Shown piece after piece: positions 1 through 64,000 of a stretch of 64,000 nucleotides of DNA. The stretch's first letter is position 1. Each line of letters opens with the position of its first letter. The notes beneath the pieces were generated by a model that searched no databases, was not told the DNA's origin, and saw only the letters and a program-made list of their open reading frames with translations. A program made the position numbers and the translations under genes. Source of the DNA: Octopus sinensis (Eukaryota); contig NC_043005.1 of NCBI RefSeq assembly GCF_006345805.1, forward strand, positions 49,414,001 to 49,478,000, read 5' to 3'.

Positions 1-349
1 TCTCAGCCTGATGATTAGCTATGATGAGCATAGTTGATTGCATAACAATTGCATCATGAGCTTCAGCTAGCTTGGAAACATATGAAGCATGCATTTTACT
101 TGTTCTTCTCCCCCAATTTGGATTTTTATTCATATTTTTAGCAGCTTTATAGAAATTATCAGCAGCCATATAGAAATTATCAGCTAATTGAATTTCCTCA
201 CAATTTCAATACGGGAAAAAGTGTGTGACTCTCAATACCAATAAATTGTTATTGTATCTTATATACTATCCACTTTTTGTTCTCTATATCTGGCACTTAC
301 TACTTGAAGCTTACATTCTTCCTACACTCAGATCCCCGGATCACACATT

Positions 350-454
350 TATACATACATACATACATACATACATACATACATACATACATACATACAT
401 ACATACATACATACATACATACACACACACATATATATATATATATACACATAC

Positions 455-500
<46 letters not shown>

Positions 501-565
501 ATATATATTTGCATGTGTGTGTTCGTGTGTGTGCATGTGTGTGAGTGTGTGTGTGTGTGTGTGTA
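350..565. repeat. Compound microsatellite (ATAC)n/(TA)n/(TG)n, representative of dozens in the window
   Basis: Direct reading; source of the HTYI/CV-repeat spurious ORFs. Confidence 0.95.
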
Positions 566-813
566 TGCTCTTTCCTTTTCCCTATTCCTTTTCTGTCTTG
601 CAAGTTACATAGCAAAAAAAAAGCATCTAGTACACACAGTAGTGTGTTTGACTCACCTGCTCTTATCAAATTGTCCAACCCATGCCATCATGGAAAACAG
701 ATGTTAGATGATGATAACAATGGTGTTAATGCTTGCATATACATTACATTAATGGAAGAAACACACATCCACACATTTATGAATTTGTAATTTTGTTTTC
801 TTCCATTTCCCAG

Positions 814-62844
<62,031 letters not shown>

Positions 62845-62870
62845 GTAAGTAGATCCTTCTAATATTATAT

Positions 62871-62905
62871 CACTAGCAATGCACCCTGGCGTTGCCTGAG
62901 TGTTA
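62871..62905 (-). mobile_element. Possible Helitron 3' terminus
   Basis: Minus strand caggcaacgccagggtgcattgCTAG-t resembles the Helitron hairpin + CTAG end; element extent unknown. Confidence 0.4.
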
Positions 62906-64000
62906 TGACCTGCAGCTACATTGTATTATATATATATATATGTATTCAATTTTTGGGTTCAAGTGGAATGTACGCACCACACACAATGCACTCTAGCATT
63001 GCCCAGGTCATTGATAACAATAACACCATGACCGACTCATATTGAGTACATATTTCTGATATGGAAAGATTGATTTGAAATTGTACCAATCAGTGAACAC
63101 AGAGTACATCCTGATTAATGAAGGGATATGCACTGTAGGCAGAATCATGTGTATGTGGCCTTAACTTGCCCTTGCATAGATGCGTGGTGTTGTTGTTGCC
63201 TTCACTGAAGTTATCAGGTCAGACATTTGTTTTACATGGCACCACCTGCATTATAGTACATGCTCAGCCACTGAAAAATAGGGAGATTGTAGCAAAATCT
63301 TTATGAACTTTGCAGCTTATGGAATGAATAATAGGCATGGATATATACTAATAACAATAAGCAACTTTCCATAAATTGGTTTAAGTAAAGAGAAAAATGT
63401 TAACTGTAAAAAAGCACAAAAGGTTTCAGTCATTGCTTCATGTCTTTACCACACTTGAACAAATACAGGCTCTTATTGTGTTTGAGCTTTGGGGAAATTT
63501 TAATGAATTTAAACCTGAGAATGCTTATTTGGCATTCCTGAGCCATTTGCTACCAAGAAAATCCACAGGGACAAATTGATTTTGGCAGTAATGCCAGAAG
63601 TGATTACAATTATGCCAGAAATAGGTTCATTAGTCAATTTTCTGTTGAAAAATAGGGCTTTGTGCAAAGAAATGATATCACAATACTTCAAAGACATTGT
63701 TTAATCATGGAATACTGAAGATGTTCACATTGGCAGTTTAGTTGTGGCACAAATGCCATTATTGATAGAAAATGTGCCAATAATTGTTCCAAAAAAGCAT
63801 GTTTTTGGGTCATTTTTCCATTAACAAATAGGGTTTTGTGCATCACAAGTGCACTCATAACATCTTTGTACATTGCTACATTTTTTTACACTGAAAACAT
63901 TAAAATTGGCAACATAGATTAGAAGAAAATCCAAATATTGCCTGAAAATAACCTCATAATTGTGCAATCCAACCTCATTTTGGAGGTTATTTTCGTAGTC

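Noticed and set aside
225-790. Numerous ORFs rich in HT, YI, CV or ER dipeptides here and throughout (e.g. 55271-55613, 56691-57472)
   Set aside because: They are translations of (CA)n, (TA)n, (TG)n and (GA)n microsatellites, not genes.

Overview
AT-rich animal genomic DNA, very likely an octopus (inferred from the SINE and microsatellite repertoire). The whole window lies inside one + strand gene. I traced 23 phase-compatible GT-AG exons (814 to 62844, 3078 nt, about 1026 aa) encoding the MyTH4-FERM-SH3-MyTH4-FERM tail of a divergent myosin VII-like protein; the motor domain and last exon lie outside the window. Almost all ORFs in the supplied track are microsatellite or SINE noise. The introns hold tRNA-derived SINEs, RTE and L1/Tx1 relics, mariner fragments and MITEs. 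They also hold a nearly intact Penelope-like retroelement (RT + GIY-YIG, minus strand, 13890-17172). The most striking unannotated signal is a set of hammerhead-ribozyme (HHR) elements, mostly in or beside (TA)n tracts: HHRs at both ends of the Penelope-like element, a 546-bp terminally redundant HHR element, a 361-bp tandem HHR repeat at the centre of a 2.7-kb palindrome, a mini-element family with a CCGANGA core, and decayed copies. Together they suggest a microsatellite-targeted Penelope/retrozyme (possibly circular RNA) system. All folds and alignments were done by eye and are untested.
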